A program made the translations under genes and the position numbers. From an uncultured delta proteobacterium (GTDB taxonomy: Bacteria > Desulfobacterota > Syntrophia > Syntrophales > Smithellaceae), in contig CAVWEH010000001.1 in assembly GCA_963753975.1 (NCBI GenBank), positions 354,323 to 418,322 of the forward strand: a stretch of DNA of 64,000 bases, in the 5' to 3' direction. This document shows positions 1 to 10,575 of the stretch, in pieces. The notes beneath the pieces were generated by a model. The model had not been told where the DNA came from. It made no database searches and saw only the letters and a list, made by a program, of their open reading frames with translations. Each line of letters starts with the position of its first letter. The stretch's first letter is position 1.

Positions 1-1
1 C

Positions 2-1078
2 GGTCTTTGCCCCTATCAAGTTATATATCATGATCGGACAATACAGTTGCATTATTGTGATCTCGAAGACGGTAAATGTTATGCTTTTTGTCCGAGAACG
101 CCGACTGACCTCAGTGCCTTGCGCAAGCTTCTTTTCAATTCCAATGATCTAACACCGGAAATTGGTGCAGTGAAAAGCTATTTTTTTTCCCGGGCAGCCG
201 ATTACCGGTTGCGCGAAAGCACCCAGCATGGGGGAACAGTGACTGCATTGATGGAACTGGCGTTTGCTGAAGGGTTGATTGATTCCGCAATAGTCTCTTC
301 CCGTAATCAAGATTTTTTACAGAGTGGTACCTTGGTGAAAGATAAGACGATCCTGCGAAATAACACCGGCTCTAAATTTACCGTATCGCCGACAGTTGCC
401 GTTTTTAATCGATCGGTCAATGATAAGTCGGGCAAGATAGGTGTTGTGGCAACGCCATGTCAGGCGCTGGCGCTGGCTAAGATGAAATTAGAGCCGGTAA
501 AAAATGGCTCCAATAAAATTGATCAGCTAAAATTGATCATTGGTTTGTATTGCGGTTGGACGCTTTCAGCGGAAAAGTTTGCTAAATTGCTTGCTCAAAA
601 TAATATAGCACTGAATTCACTAAAAGGCATGGATATTCCCGCAGGCAAAAACATTTTGGAGCTTTACACTAATAACGATACAAAGACAGTTCCTTTTGAT
701 GATGTGCGGGCTTGTGTCCGGGAAGCCTGCCATTATTGTTTGGACAGCACAGCAGAATATGCCGATATCTCGGTAGGTTCGGCGCGCTTTGGCGATGACT
801 GGGAAAAAATGCGGCGCTGGAATCAATTGATTGTGCGAACGGAAAAAGGCAGGGAACTTACTGAGCTTGCCGTAAAACGCGGAGTGTTGGAAATCCGGGA
901 AGCTCCGGCGGATAGTCTAAGGGAATTGAAAAAGGCGGCTATGGAAAAAAAGAAAACAGCTCTGAGAAATATTATCAGAAAAAGCGGATCGGTAAAAAAT
1001 CTTTTATATCTGGATCGCCATGATCCCATGGTGCAAAAGTTTTTGAAAAATAAAGCTTCTGACAAAAAGAGCAGGTAG
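2..1078 (+). CDS. Coenzyme F420 hydrogenase/dehydrogenase beta subunit (FrhB/FdhB) family protein, 5'-truncated by the window
   Basis: Frame is open to the window edge (GLCPY...). Motifs GKCYAFCPR, QHGGTVTAL, VATPCQ, IGLYCGW, CHYCLD-AEYADISVG and IVRTEKG fit FrhB/FdhB N and C domains. Confidence 0.85.
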   Translation, partial: GLCPYQVIYHDRTIQLHYCDLEDGKCYAFCPRTPTDLSALRKLLFNSNDLTPEIGAVKSYFFSRAADYRLRESTQHGGTVTALMELAFAEGLIDSAIVSSRNQDFLQSGTLVKDKTILRNNTGSKFTVSPTVAVFNRSVNDKSGKIGVVATPCQALALAKMKLEPVKNGSNKIDQLKLIIGLYCGWTLSAEKFAKLLAQNNIALNSLKGMDIPAGKNILELYTNNDTKTVPFDDVRACVREACHYCLDSTAEYADISVGSARFGDDWEKMRRWNQLIVRTEKGRELTELAVKRGVLEIREAPADSLRELKKAAMEKKKTALRNIIRKSGSVKNLLYLDRHDPMVQKFLKNKASDKKSR

Positions 1079-1082
1079 AATC

Positions 1083-3026
1083 ATGTCCAAATTACTAAGT
1101 GCGGCCAAAACGGAAGTTTTATTCATGGGCAACGAAGCCATCGCTCGGGGCGCGCTTGAAGCCGGGCTTTCTGTTGCCACCGGTTACCCGGGGACACCTT
1201 CATCCGAAGTAATCGAAACCCTGGCCGCTGTTGCCAAAGAAAGAAAACTCTATGTAGAGTGGTCGACAAATGAAAAGGTGGCTCTGGAGGTAGCGGCAGC
1301 GGCTTCCTTCGCGGGTTTGCGGTCAATGTGCGTAATGAAACAAAACGGCGTCAATGTGGCCTCCGATTTTCTTTTGCATCTGGCTGCTTCGGGAACGCGC
1401 GGTGGGATGGTGCTGGTTAGCTGTGAGGATCCGGGTGCTCTTTCCAGCGTCAATGAAGGAGAGTCACGCTATTTCGCCCGGATGCTGGAAATCCCTTTGC
1501 TCGAGCCGGCCAATTTTCAGGAAGCCAAAGACCTGACCAAATGGGCATTCGAGTTATCGGAGAAAATTCACAATGTGGTTATGTTGCGTTCAGTTACACG
1601 CATGTCGCACGCCAGCGGCAATATTATCTGCGGCAGACTGCCCCATAAATTCAGAACTGCCTACTTTGTCTATAACGGCCCGGTGATGGATCCGTTAAAA
1701 GGGCCGATTATCAGCACCCCCGTTGTCGCCAAACACAATCTCCAGCAAGAGAAATTGGAGAAAGCCCGGGAGCTTTTTGAAAATAGCCCCTTCAATGAAT
1801 ATCTGGGCCCGCGCCGTCCGGAACTTCTTATAATCACCGGCAGTGTTTGTTTTCTCTATTGCCGGGAAGCGCTCAGTATACTGGGTTTGCAGAAACGCGT
1901 CGGGATTTTAAAGCTTGGTTGCACCTGGCCGCTGCCCACAAAGTTTCTGAAGAAATATTTGCGCTTAACGGACAAGATTATGATTGTGGAAGAAGTTCTG
2001 CCTTTTTTGGAAGAAAACGTCAAGGTTGCCACCGTTGATATGTTTAAAGAAATCGGCATTAAAACTTTTTACGGGAAAAAGGATGGAATTTTGCCTTCGG
2101 TGGGAGAGTTGAATCCTGATCTTGTCGTTGATGCTCTTGGTAAAATAATGAAGATCAAGTATAAATCTCTGGCTCGCGGCTATTCAAAAGAGATAAAGAA
2201 AATCGCGCCATTGATTCCCGAACGTGAGCTGACCTTCTGTCCGGGATGCCCGCACCGCGCTTCGTTTTGGAGTATCAATAATGCACTCAAGCTTGACTCC
2301 CGCGATGGTTTCGTCTGTGGCGATATCGGCTGTTACGCGATGGCAGCACTTTTCCCGGCGATCGGTTTTAATACGGTGCGGACCCTTCATTCCATGGGCT
2401 CGGGCACGGGTCTCGCCAGCGGATTTGCTAAACTCGCTGCTTTCGGTCTGGAAAAACCGGTTCTTGCGGTTTGCGGTGATTCTACGTTTTATCACGCGGT
2501 AATTCCCGCGCTCATTAACGCCCAGCATCACCGAGCGGACATAACTTTCATTGTTCTGGATAACGCCGGAACAGCAATGACCGGATTTCAGCCGCATCCT
2601 GGTCTCGCTGTCAGCGCCATAGGTGAAACTGTTCCCGCCGTCGAGATTGCCGGAATTTGCACGGCGATAGGGGCAAAAGTCGCCGTCAGCGATCCCTTCG
2701 ATTTAGATGGGACAAGTAGGATTCTCACTTCTTTTATGGCAGAAAGAGGATCATTGAAGGTACTAATTCTGAGACAGATATGCGCTTTGAGTCCCGAAAA
2801 GAAAGGAAAAAAGCAATATGACATCAGAGTGGATGAGGAATTATGCTTGGGAGATCAGTGCGGCTGCAATCGTTTATGCACAAGAATCTTTCGTTGCCCG
2901 GCGCTCACCTGGGATACGATGAAAAGGAAGTCGGTTGTGGATGAAGTAATTTGCGCCGGCTGCGGCGTTTGCTATTCGATTTGTCCGCAAAAGGCTATAG
3001 TGAAAACAGAGGCAGTGGGCTTATGA
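1083..3026 (+). CDS. iorA: Indolepyruvate:ferredoxin oxidoreductase alpha subunit
   Basis: MGNEAIARGA, GYPGTPSSE, NEKVALE, FCPGCPHR, GDIGCY, TPP motif GDSTF...LDN, C-terminal ferredoxin CAGCGVCYSICP. Confidence 0.95.
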   Translation: MSKLLSAAKTEVLFMGNEAIARGALEAGLSVATGYPGTPSSEVIETLAAVAKERKLYVEWSTNEKVALEVAAAASFAGLRSMCVMKQNGVNVASDFLLHLAASGTRGGMVLVSCEDPGALSSVNEGESRYFARMLEIPLLEPANFQEAKDLTKWAFELSEKIHNVVMLRSVTRMSHASGNIICGRLPHKFRTAYFVYNGPVMDPLKGPIISTPVVAKHNLQQEKLEKARELFENSPFNEYLGPRRPELLIITGSVCFLYCREALSILGLQKRVGILKLGCTWPLPTKFLKKYLRLTDKIMIVEEVLPFLEENVKVATVDMFKEIGIKTFYGKKDGILPSVGELNPDLVVDALGKIMKIKYKSLARGYSKEIKKIAPLIPERELTFCPGCPHRASFWSINNALKLDSRDGFVCGDIGCYAMAALFPAIGFNTVRTLHSMGSGTGLASGFAKLAAFGLEKPVLAVCGDSTFYHAVIPALINAQHHRADITFIVLDNAGTAMTGFQPHPGLAVSAIGETVPAVEIAGICTAIGAKVAVSDPFDLDGTSRILTSFMAERGSLKVLILRQICALSPEKKGKKQYDIRVDEELCLGDQCGCNRLCTRIFRCPALTWDTMKRKSVVDEVICAGCGVCYSICPQKAIVKTEAVGL

Positions 3027-3634
3027 AAAAATCTCTTATCCACGATCCGATGAACGTGATCATTACCGGAGTCGGCGGACAAGGCAACGTCATGGCTTCC
3101 CGCGTATTGGCTGGAATGCTCGTATCTGCGGGCTATTTTGTGACGATCGGTGAGACTTTCGGGATGTCGCAGCGCGGCGGATCGGTGATGAGCCATTTGC
3201 GCGTATCATCCCAAGGAACGTGGAGTCCGCAAATTCCGCAGGGGAAAGCAAACATAATTATTGCCTTAGAACCCGTGGAAGCACTCCGGGTCTTAGTCAA
3301 GTATGGCCATCCCGCTGTCGTGGTTTTGTCCAATTCCCGGGTGGTTTATCCCATCGGGGTCATAACCGGCGATTTTACTTATCCGTCTTTGAATGAAATT
3401 GAATCGGCCTTTAAAAAATTGACGGCACATAGTTGGCTAATTGATGCCACAGAAGCGGCAGTTGAACTGGGCAATCCTGTTTTGGGCAACATTGTCATGA
3501 TCGGCGCACTGGCTAATACGGCGATGTTACCGATTGACCGCCGTGTCTTTGAAAAAGAAATAACCAAAGACATGTCCGCGAATAAGCACAAGCTTAATCT
3601 TGCGGCCTTTGATGCCGGCGCTAAAATGATTTAA
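3023..3634 (+). CDS. iorB: Indolepyruvate:ferredoxin oxidoreductase beta subunit
   Basis: GVGGQG, ETFGMSQRGGSV, ALEPVEALR. ATG at 3023 overlaps the iorA stop (ATGA). Confidence 0.93.
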   Translation: MKKSLIHDPMNVIITGVGGQGNVMASRVLAGMLVSAGYFVTIGETFGMSQRGGSVMSHLRVSSQGTWSPQIPQGKANIIIALEPVEALRVLVKYGHPAVVVLSNSRVVYPIGVITGDFTYPSLNEIESAFKKLTAHSWLIDATEAAVELGNPVLGNIVMIGALANTAMLPIDRRVFEKEITKDMSANKHKLNLAAFDAGAKMI

Positions 3635-3700
3635 GTTATTATTGACTAGACCTGATTAGAAATTATATTAGGGTTTCAATACAAATCGCGGGGTAGGATA

Positions 3701-4912
3701 ATGAAGAATATTTATTCAGCAATAAAAGTAACCGATAATGTTTACTGGGTAGGCGCCATTGATTGGACAATTCGTGATTTCCATGGTTACACAACGCCCC
3801 ACGGCAGTACCTATAATGCATATCTGGTCATGGCCGATAAAATTACTCTTATTGATACGGTAAAAGCGCCTTTTCAGGATGAAATGCTTGCCCGCATTAA
3901 ATCCGTCGTTGATCCTGCTCAGATAAAATATATTGTTTCCAACCATTCTGAAATGGATCATTCCGGATGCCTGCCGGAAATAATCGACATGATCAAGCCG
4001 GAAAAAGTCTTCGCTTCGACAATCGGTGTAAAAACATTGAAGGAACTGTTTCATGACGAGCATGAAATTATATCGGTAAAAGACGGGGAAACACTGAGCT
4101 TAGGCAATATGGAGTTGACTTTTATGGAAACGCGCATGATTCATTGGCCGGACTCCATGTTCACTTATTTAGCCGCCGATCAGCTTTTGTTTTCGCAGGA
4201 CGCTTTCGGGATGCATTTGGCGACGCTCGCGCGTTTTGACGATGAGCTTCCGACGTCCACTTTGGAATTTGAAGCGGCAACGTATTATGCCAATATTGTT
4301 TTGCCTTATTCGCCGATAGTTCTGAAAACTCTGGACAAAGTAGCAGCATCAGGCTGGAAAATCAAAGTTATCGCTCCCGACCACGGACCGGTCTGGCGAA
4401 AAAACATAGGCAGGATCATCGAACTTTATAAAAAGTGGGCTCTGCAAAAATCCACAATCAAAGCTGTTGTTGTTTACGCGACGATGTGGCATTCCACGGA
4501 AAAAATGGCGAGAGCTATAAGCGAATCTCTGGCGCAGGCAGGCGTCAAGGTAAAACTCTTATCGATGAATGAATTTCATCGCAGTGAAGTCGTTTATGAA
4601 GTGCTTGACACCGGAGCGCTGATAGTCGGCTCATCAACACTGAACAATAATATTCTACCGCAAATGGCGGATGTGATGACTTATTTAAAAGGTTTGAAGC
4701 CGGCCAACCTTATCGGCACGGCTTTCGGCTCTTACGGCTGGAGCGGAGAATCCGTAAGAGATTTGGAAGCCATACTCAAAGAAATGAAGGTGGAAATCGC
4801 GGTGCCATCTATCTCTGTTAAAAATGTTCCCGATGGCGGTGCTTTGGAAAAATGTCACGAGTTGGGAAAAACTATCGCGGCGGAGTTGAAAAAGAAAGCA
4901 GCTGCTAATTAA
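3701..4912 (+). CDS. fprA: Flavodiiron protein (FprA/ROO; MBL plus flavodoxin domains)
   Basis: HSEMDH, HWPD, DAFG and PDHG diiron motifs. C-terminal flavodoxin TMWHSTEKMA...FGSYGWSGE. Confidence 0.95.
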   Translation: MKNIYSAIKVTDNVYWVGAIDWTIRDFHGYTTPHGSTYNAYLVMADKITLIDTVKAPFQDEMLARIKSVVDPAQIKYIVSNHSEMDHSGCLPEIIDMIKPEKVFASTIGVKTLKELFHDEHEIISVKDGETLSLGNMELTFMETRMIHWPDSMFTYLAADQLLFSQDAFGMHLATLARFDDELPTSTLEFEAATYYANIVLPYSPIVLKTLDKVAASGWKIKVIAPDHGPVWRKNIGRIIELYKKWALQKSTIKAVVVYATMWHSTEKMARAISESLAQAGVKVKLLSMNEFHRSEVVYEVLDTGALIVGSSTLNNNILPQMADVMTYLKGLKPANLIGTAFGSYGWSGESVRDLEAILKEMKVEIAVPSISVKNVPDGGALEKCHELGKTIAAELKKKAAAN

Positions 4913-4942
4913 AGGCGGAAGAAAAAAAATGAGGAGGACAAA

Positions 4943-5101
4943 ATGAAAAAGTATGTTTGCGGAGTATGTGGTTACGTTTACGATCCGGCTAAAGGCGATC
5001 CGGAAAACGGCGTTTCCCGAGGGACAGCTTTTGAGGATTTGCCCGCGGACTGGACTTGTCCTGTTTGCGGCGCCAGTAAGAGTGAATTCGCGCCGGAATA
5101 A
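4943..5101 (+). CDS. Rubredoxin (52 aa; absent from the ORF track)
   Basis: Manual translation [52 protein letters not shown], with RBS GAGGAGG upstream. Confidence 0.97.
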   Translation: MKKYVCGVCGYVYDPAKGDPENGVSRGTAFEDLPADWTCPVCGASKSEFAPE

Positions 5102-5103
5102 TT

Positions 5104-5268
5104 ATGACAACCTCGTAAAAAGACCGGATGCTGCGTTGCACTGCATCCCTCGTCGCTACGGCGTACGCAAAAAGTACGTCTCGCTCCTCGAGATTGGCGC
5201 GCCTTGCCTGCAGCCTTTTTACTAGGTCGTCTGAAAATTGATAGGTATGTGACTTTTTACGAGTTCAT
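5104..5268. repeat. Non-coding palindromic/MITE-like repeat, copy 1
   Basis: Inverted ends GACAACCTCGTAAAAAG (5106) and CTTTTTACTAGGTCGTC (5215), plus a third arm GACTTTTTACGAGTTCAT (5251). Interior aligns by eye with 59833-59957. Confidence 0.8.
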
Positions 5269-5298
5269 TAATTTCGACCAGACAAAAAGAGGTTATAT

Positions 5299-5796
5299 AT
5301 GGATAAAATTCAAGAAGCATTAAATCAAGCTTATGCCGGCGAAGCAAAAGCCGCACTACGGCTCAAGGTTTACGCACAAAAGGCTGAAGATGAAGGATAT
5401 AAACAGATGGCCCGTCTTTTCCGCGTCATTTCTTTCTCGGAAGAAATTCATGGTGCGAGAGCGCTGAGAGTACTGAGAGAAATTAAAAGTACGGAAGAAA
5501 ATCTGGCCGCGAGTTTTGAATCGGAAAAGAAAGTCGCCGAAGTTGCTTATGATCAGTTCGTAAAATTGGCGGAAGAAGAAGGCAACAAGGAAGCTTCTCT
5601 GCATTTCAGCCAGAGCCGTGATGTGGAAGAAACTCATGCCAAACTTTATAAACAGGCCATGTCGCACTTTATGGAAGAAAGAGAAACAACTTACTATGTC
5701 TGTAAAGTCTGCGGCTATGTGTCCGACGGTGCTTTGCCTGATGAATGTCCCATCTGCGGTGCGAAGAAAGAACAATTTGCTGCTTTTGACAAATAG
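5299..5796 (+). CDS. rbr: Rubrerythrin family protein
   Basis: AYAGEA, EEIH and EETH ferritin-like motifs. C-terminal CKVCGY...CPICG. Confidence 0.93.
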   Translation: MDKIQEALNQAYAGEAKAALRLKVYAQKAEDEGYKQMARLFRVISFSEEIHGARALRVLREIKSTEENLAASFESEKKVAEVAYDQFVKLAEEEGNKEASLHFSQSRDVEETHAKLYKQAMSHFMEERETTYYVCKVCGYVSDGALPDECPICGAKKEQFAAFDK

Positions 5797-5851
5797 TCCG
5801 CTGACTGTTTTTTTAACTCTAAGCTGTGCTATTAATTTATGAGGTGAGAAT

Positions 5852-6694
5852 ATGAAAGTTCGTCGCGCATTGCTGCTGATATTGTTGTTTGTAAGCATCG
5901 TCTTTCCCAGGGTAGCCATTAGTGACGAAAAACCACTTTGGGAGCTTGGTGTAGGTTTCGCTGCGCTACTTTTACCGGATTATCGGGGATCAGATGAATA
6001 TAGATTTTATCCATTGCCTTATCCGTATTTCGTCTACCATGGTGATGTGTTAAAAGTAGATGAGCATAATATTTCGGGACGGATTTTTCCGACTGACCGG
6101 ATTTTATTGGACATTTCCTTCTATGGTTCCGTGCCGGTTAAAGCCTCCAATAATACTGCTCGCGAAGGTATGCCTGATTTGGATCCGACCTTTGAAATTG
6201 GGCCTGCTATTATAATTAATCTTCTGGAAAATAAAGAGGATAAATATAAATTTAATTTGACTCTGCCGGTGCGCGCCGTTTTTTCCACGAATTTCTCATC
6301 CGTAAGCCGCGAAGGATGGGTGTTTGCTCCCCGACTCAATTTTGAAAAAAGCGATATTATTCCCCAGATCGGTTTGGATTTAGGAATTTCTACAGGGCCG
6401 ATGTTTGCCGATAGCGGTTATCATGCTTATTATTACACTGTGGAACCGGCTTATGCAACGGCAATTCGTCCTGCATATTCGGCTGGCGGCGGCTATAGCG
6501 GTTCGACGTTCACCATTGGTTTGAGTAAATCTTATAAGCAATTCATTTTTAATACTTTTGCCAGCGCTGATTTCCTCCAGGGATCGGCATTTGAAGATAG
6601 TCCGCTGGTAAAGAGGACCACGTCCTTCATGGGCGGATGCACTATAACCTGGGTTTTATTCAAATCGGAAAAAACTGTGGCAACAGACAAGTAA
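5852..6694 (+). CDS. MipA/OmpV family outer-membrane protein
   Basis: Signal peptide, PLWELGVG, PDYRGSD, R-GMPDLDPTFEIGP, SPLVK near the C-terminus. Confidence 0.8.
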   Translation: MKVRRALLLILLFVSIVFPRVAISDEKPLWELGVGFAALLLPDYRGSDEYRFYPLPYPYFVYHGDVLKVDEHNISGRIFPTDRILLDISFYGSVPVKASNNTAREGMPDLDPTFEIGPAIIINLLENKEDKYKFNLTLPVRAVFSTNFSSVSREGWVFAPRLNFEKSDIIPQIGLDLGISTGPMFADSGYHAYYYTVEPAYATAIRPAYSAGGGYSGSTFTIGLSKSYKQFIFNTFASADFLQGSAFEDSPLVKRTTSFMGGCTITWVLFKSEKTVATDK

Positions 6695-6746
6695 GCATGA
6701 CAAAAAATAAAGGTTGGGAACATCTTCAGGCATCAGGAGTGAACTA

Positions 6747-7157
6747 ATGATATTGATCGTGACGCGCTGGCTGGTAATAACGGTTGCGATACTGCTTTCT
6801 TCGAAGTTTATATCGGGCATCAGAGTTGATTCCCTCTTAACGGCACTCTTTGCTGCCGGCATTTTAGGGCTGATTAATGTTTTCATCAGACCGGTCTTGA
6901 TCATTCTTACGTTACCTTTAAGCATAATAACTCTGGGTATATTCTCTTTTTTCATCAATGCCTTTTTACTGGAGCTGGTCGCCTATATGATACCGGGATT
7001 TGAGGTTACAGGCTTCTGGGCAGCATTTCTGGGCGCTCTTGTTATCAGCATTGTCAGTTGGCTCGCTAATTTCTTTATCGGCAGGAACCATGCCGGCAGA
7101 CCGAAACGGCCGGATGTTATCGACATGGAAAAAGGGGACGATGGCAAATGGTGCTAG
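6747..7157 (+). CDS. YvlD/DUF360 4-TM membrane protein ('phage holin family')
   Basis: [30 protein letters not shown] and [21 protein letters not shown] precedes ATG 6747. Confidence 0.85.
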   Translation: MILIVTRWLVITVAILLSSKFISGIRVDSLLTALFAAGILGLINVFIRPVLIILTLPLSIITLGIFSFFINAFLLELVAYMIPGFEVTGFWAAFLGALVISIVSWLANFFIGRNHAGRPKRPDVIDMEKGDDGKWC

Positions 7158-9778
7158 CTGCGACGCTTAGCTTAACACCGGCGATGAAACAGTATGTCGA
7201 AATAAAAGATAAATATCCCGACTGCATTTTGCTCTATCGTATGGGTGATTTTTATGAAATGTTTTTTGAAGATGCACTAACTGCCGCTCCGCTCTTGGAA
7301 ATCACACTCACCTCTCGTAATAAGGGGAAAGAAGATAGCGTGCCGCTTTGCGGCTTTCCCTATCATGCGGCTTCGACATACATTGCCAAGCTTGTGGAAA
7401 AAGGCCTTAAAGTGGCGATATGCGAACAAATCGAAGACCCGAAGAAGGCAAAAGGAATAGTCAAAAGAGAAGTTATTCGCGTCATTACTCCCGGACTCAT
7501 TCTGGATGAAGAAAATCTGGCCGCGGGCGAAAATAATTATCTGGCATGTCTTTCTGCCGAAAAAGGGATGCTTGGTCTTGCCTTTTTGGATATTTCCACA
7601 GGCGAGTTCCAAATAAGTGAATTTTCCGACCGTGATTCCTTTCTCTTGTCTATCGCCGGATTGGACTTCAAAGAACTAATCTTGGCCAGGTCTTTTTCCG
7701 ATAAAATATTAATTAAGATGCTGGAGTCGCAAACATCCGCGAACTTAATTAATTATCTGGATGAAGATTACTTTCAGACCGGGAAAACTGCCGCTATCTT
7801 GAACCAGAATTTTGCCGCCGAAGTTTTGGCTAAAATAAAGATCTCCGAACATGCAGCGGCAATGTCGGCTGCCGGTGCCATTTTGCGCTATGTTGATCAG
7901 ACACAGAAAATCCATCCTCAACACATAAGCGAAATCAGGTGGTACAACCCGGGAAACTATCTTATCCTTGATGATGCTGCCCGCCGGAATTTGGAGATAT
8001 TTACGACAATTCAGGATAATTCCAAGGCCGATTCTCTTTTTTCTCTCATTAATGAAACCCTGACTCCTATGGGCACACGGCGTCTGAGATGGTGGCTGAA
8101 TTACCCCCTGGTGGACGCGGAAAAAATCAAAGCGCGGTTGGCAGGAGTTGCCGAGATTAAAGAAAACCATATCTTCCGGTCGGATTTGCGTCAAGCTTTA
8201 TCGGGAATTTACGATTTGGAAAGGCTCTCCGCGAGGGTGGCTCTGCGTGTGGCTAATCCCCGCGATTTAGTTGCACTGAAGCTTTCTCTTTCGGTCATTC
8301 CTGAAGTGAAATCGAGGTTGATGGATTTTACCGCACCGGCAATTGCCGCAATCAGGACCGAGCTTGCAGAAATGCCTGTCGTCGTTGATTTGATTTCCCG
8401 GGCAATTGTGGATGATCCGCCGCCAAGAACGGAGGATGGCGGTTTTATCGCCGTAGGCTATGATGAAGAACTGGATAAACTAAGGTCGATCAGTCGCGAC
8501 GGGAAGAAATGGATTGCAGCGTTAGAAATGAAAGAACGGCAAAAAACCGGGATTAATTCCTTGAAAATCGGCTTCAATAACATTTTCGGTTACTACATCG
8601 AAGTGACCAAAGCCAATACAGCGATGGTCCCGGATTCATACGTGAGAAAACAGACATTGGTTAATGCGGAGAGATACATCAACCAGGAGTTGAAAGAATT
8701 TGAGCAGACCGTTTTAACCGCGGAAGAAAGAATCAGAGAAAGGGAAGGGGAATTATTCATTTCTTTGCGGGATAATCTTGCCCAATATATTTCCGGCATT
8801 CAAAGAAATTCGTTTCTCGTTGCCGAGCTTGACGCACTTGCCTCTCTGGCTGAAGTTGCCGAAAAGTATCACTATACCTGTCCGGAAATTGACACAGAAG
8901 ATATTATCGCGATCAAAGACGGACGCCATCCGGTGGTCGAGGCGGCCTTGAAGAAAGAAGGTTTTGTTCCCAATGACTGCTCGCTTGATCTGCTAAGCAA
9001 TCGATTGCTTATTATTACCGGTCCGAATATGGCTGGCAAATCCACTTATATCCGGCAGGTGGCTTTGATCGTTCTTTTAGCGCAAATGGGGAGTTTCGTT
9101 CCGGCGGCTAGCGCAAGAATAGGCGTTGTCGATAAAATATTCACCCGCATCGGCGCTTCCGATAGTCTAGTTAAGGGCCAAAGCACCTTTATGGTCGAGA
9201 TGACGGAGACAGCGGAAATATTAAAAAATGCGACTTCCCGCAGTCTGGTTATTATCGATGAAGTAGGCCGGGGAACTTCCACTTTTGACGGCCTGAGTAT
9301 AGCCTGGGCGGTTGCAGAATATATTCATGACTTGCAGGGCAAAGGCGTGCGCGCGTTGTTCGCCACTCATTATCACCAGTTGACGGATTTGGCAGCGACG
9401 AAAAACGGCGTTAAGAACTATAATATTGCGGTAAAAGAGTGGGGAGAAAAAATAATCTTTCTGCGCAAGATTATGGAGGGCGGCACCAGCCGCAGTTACG
9501 GCATAGAAGTGGCGCGCATTGCCGGTGTGCCCGAGGAAGTGATCAAGCGCGCCAAAGAAATATTGCACAATCTGGAAAAGGGAGAGTTTGATGAAATCGG
9601 AATGCCCCGCATTGCCCGCGGCACCGGTAATGGAAAAAATGTCAACCCGCAATTAAACCTATTTGTGGAAAAAGAAGATGAAATTGTGGCCGAGCTTAAT
9701 AATATCGATATTTCCTCAATGTCGCCGCTGGAAGCGCTCAATAAACTGAACGACTGGAAAAGAAAAATTTCAGACTAA
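7148..9778 (+). CDS. mutS: DNA mismatch repair protein MutS
   Basis: [16 protein letters not shown], Walker [33 protein letters not shown]. Confidence 0.98.
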   Translation: MVLAATLSLTPAMKQYVEIKDKYPDCILLYRMGDFYEMFFEDALTAAPLLEITLTSRNKGKEDSVPLCGFPYHAASTYIAKLVEKGLKVAICEQIEDPKKAKGIVKREVIRVITPGLILDEENLAAGENNYLACLSAEKGMLGLAFLDISTGEFQISEFSDRDSFLLSIAGLDFKELILARSFSDKILIKMLESQTSANLINYLDEDYFQTGKTAAILNQNFAAEVLAKIKISEHAAAMSAAGAILRYVDQTQKIHPQHISEIRWYNPGNYLILDDAARRNLEIFTTIQDNSKADSLFSLINETLTPMGTRRLRWWLNYPLVDAEKIKARLAGVAEIKENHIFRSDLRQALSGIYDLERLSARVALRVANPRDLVALKLSLSVIPEVKSRLMDFTAPAIAAIRTELAEMPVVVDLISRAIVDDPPPRTEDGGFIAVGYDEELDKLRSISRDGKKWIAALEMKERQKTGINSLKIGFNNIFGYYIEVTKANTAMVPDSYVRKQTLVNAERYINQELKEFEQTVLTAEERIREREGELFISLRDNLAQYISGIQRNSFLVAELDALASLAEVAEKYHYTCPEIDTEDIIAIKDGRHPVVEAALKKEGFVPNDCSLDLLSNRLLIITGPNMAGKSTYIRQVALIVLLAQMGSFVPAASARIGVVDKIFTRIGASDSLVKGQSTFMVEMTETAEILKNATSRSLVIIDEVGRGTSTFDGLSIAWAVAEYIHDLQGKGVRALFATHYHQLTDLAATKNGVKNYNIAVKEWGEKIIFLRKIMEGGTSRSYGIEVARIAGVPEEVIKRAKEILHNLEKGEFDEIGMPRIARGTGNGKNVNPQLNLFVEKEDEIVAELNNIDISSMSPLEALNKLNDWKRKISD

Positions 9779-9782
9779 CGAA

Positions 9783-10493
9783 TCATTTCTCTTGTTTTAC
9801 TTTATTTATATTCTGTAATTTAGGGAGGAAGTTGGCAGCCCAATCGTTGATTTTCTGCCAGCCGCGTAAATCTCCTTCCGGCGTACCAATAATGTGTTCA
9901 ACAACAAACGCGTCAACAAAATTTAATTTGGAATAATCAAGTTTTCCGGCAAACATACCCACATCTACGGGAGTTATTTCAGCGCACAGAGGATCAAGAT
10001 AGGAAGCGGCTGTTTTACGGGTTTCTTCATTATCTTTTCTCAGAATCATGCAAACGATAAAATAGGCAACGGGTATTTTCTCCAATTCTTCTTTGTGATT
10101 TCTAACGAAATTATCTGTCTCCGGCAAAACAGCACCGCGGCGAATGGCGCTGCCCAAAACCACACCCCGATAGCCGTCTATACTGTGCACTTTTTTTATG
10201 GGTTTAACATCCACCCTGATCCCGTCGGCAGCGAGTCTTTTTCCGACAGCATCGGCAACTTCAGCGGTAGACCCGGCGCGAGTGGCGTAGGCAACTAATA
10301 TTTGGACAGCCGCGGGTTTATTTTCTCCGTAGCTATTTTCAATTAGATTTATCTCCGAAGCTTCGCAATAATTGGGAAGGATGTATGGAAATAGAACCAA
10401 AAGAATGATTAGCGGAAAAAGTAATAAATTTTTTAATCTTTTCTTTTGATCGAATGCATAGATAGTATTGACTGTATGATTCTTCCTTTTCAT
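9783..10493 (-). CDS. Flavodoxin-domain protein (HemG/Flavodoxin_5-like) with hydrophobic N-terminal extension
   Basis: ILVAYATRAGSTAEVA, VVLGSAI, FAGKLDY, GDLRGW-I--WA. Start uncertain; the ORF-track start lies inside a terminator. Confidence 0.75.
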   Translation of the reverse strand: MKRKNHTVNTIYAFDQKKRLKNLLLFPLIILLVLFPYILPNYCEASEINLIENSYGENKPAAVQILVAYATRAGSTAEVADAVGKRLAADGIRVDVKPIKKVHSIDGYRGVVLGSAIRRGAVLPETDNFVRNHKEELEKIPVAYFIVCMILRKDNEETRKTAASYLDPLCAEITPVDVGMFAGKLDYSKLNFVDAFVVEHIIGTPEGDLRGWQKINDWAANFLPKLQNINKVKQEK

Positions 10494-10527
10494 GGTCCCG
10501 CAGTATAAATGTTTTCTGATTAAATGC

Positions 10528-10556
10528 AAAAAAAAAGGGGAGCATCAGCTCCCCTT
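10528..10556 (-). terminator. Intrinsic terminator after the ZraP-like gene
   Basis: AAGGGGAGC-ATCA-GCTCCCCTT hairpin with a long A run on + (U tract on -). Confidence 0.85.
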
Positions 10557-10575
10557 CACCGGAATAGACTTAATA

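Noticed and set aside
6747..7157. 'Phage holin' as a sign of a prophage
   Set aside because: YvlD/DUF360 genes are common chromosomal genes. No phage genes are nearby and it overlaps mutS.
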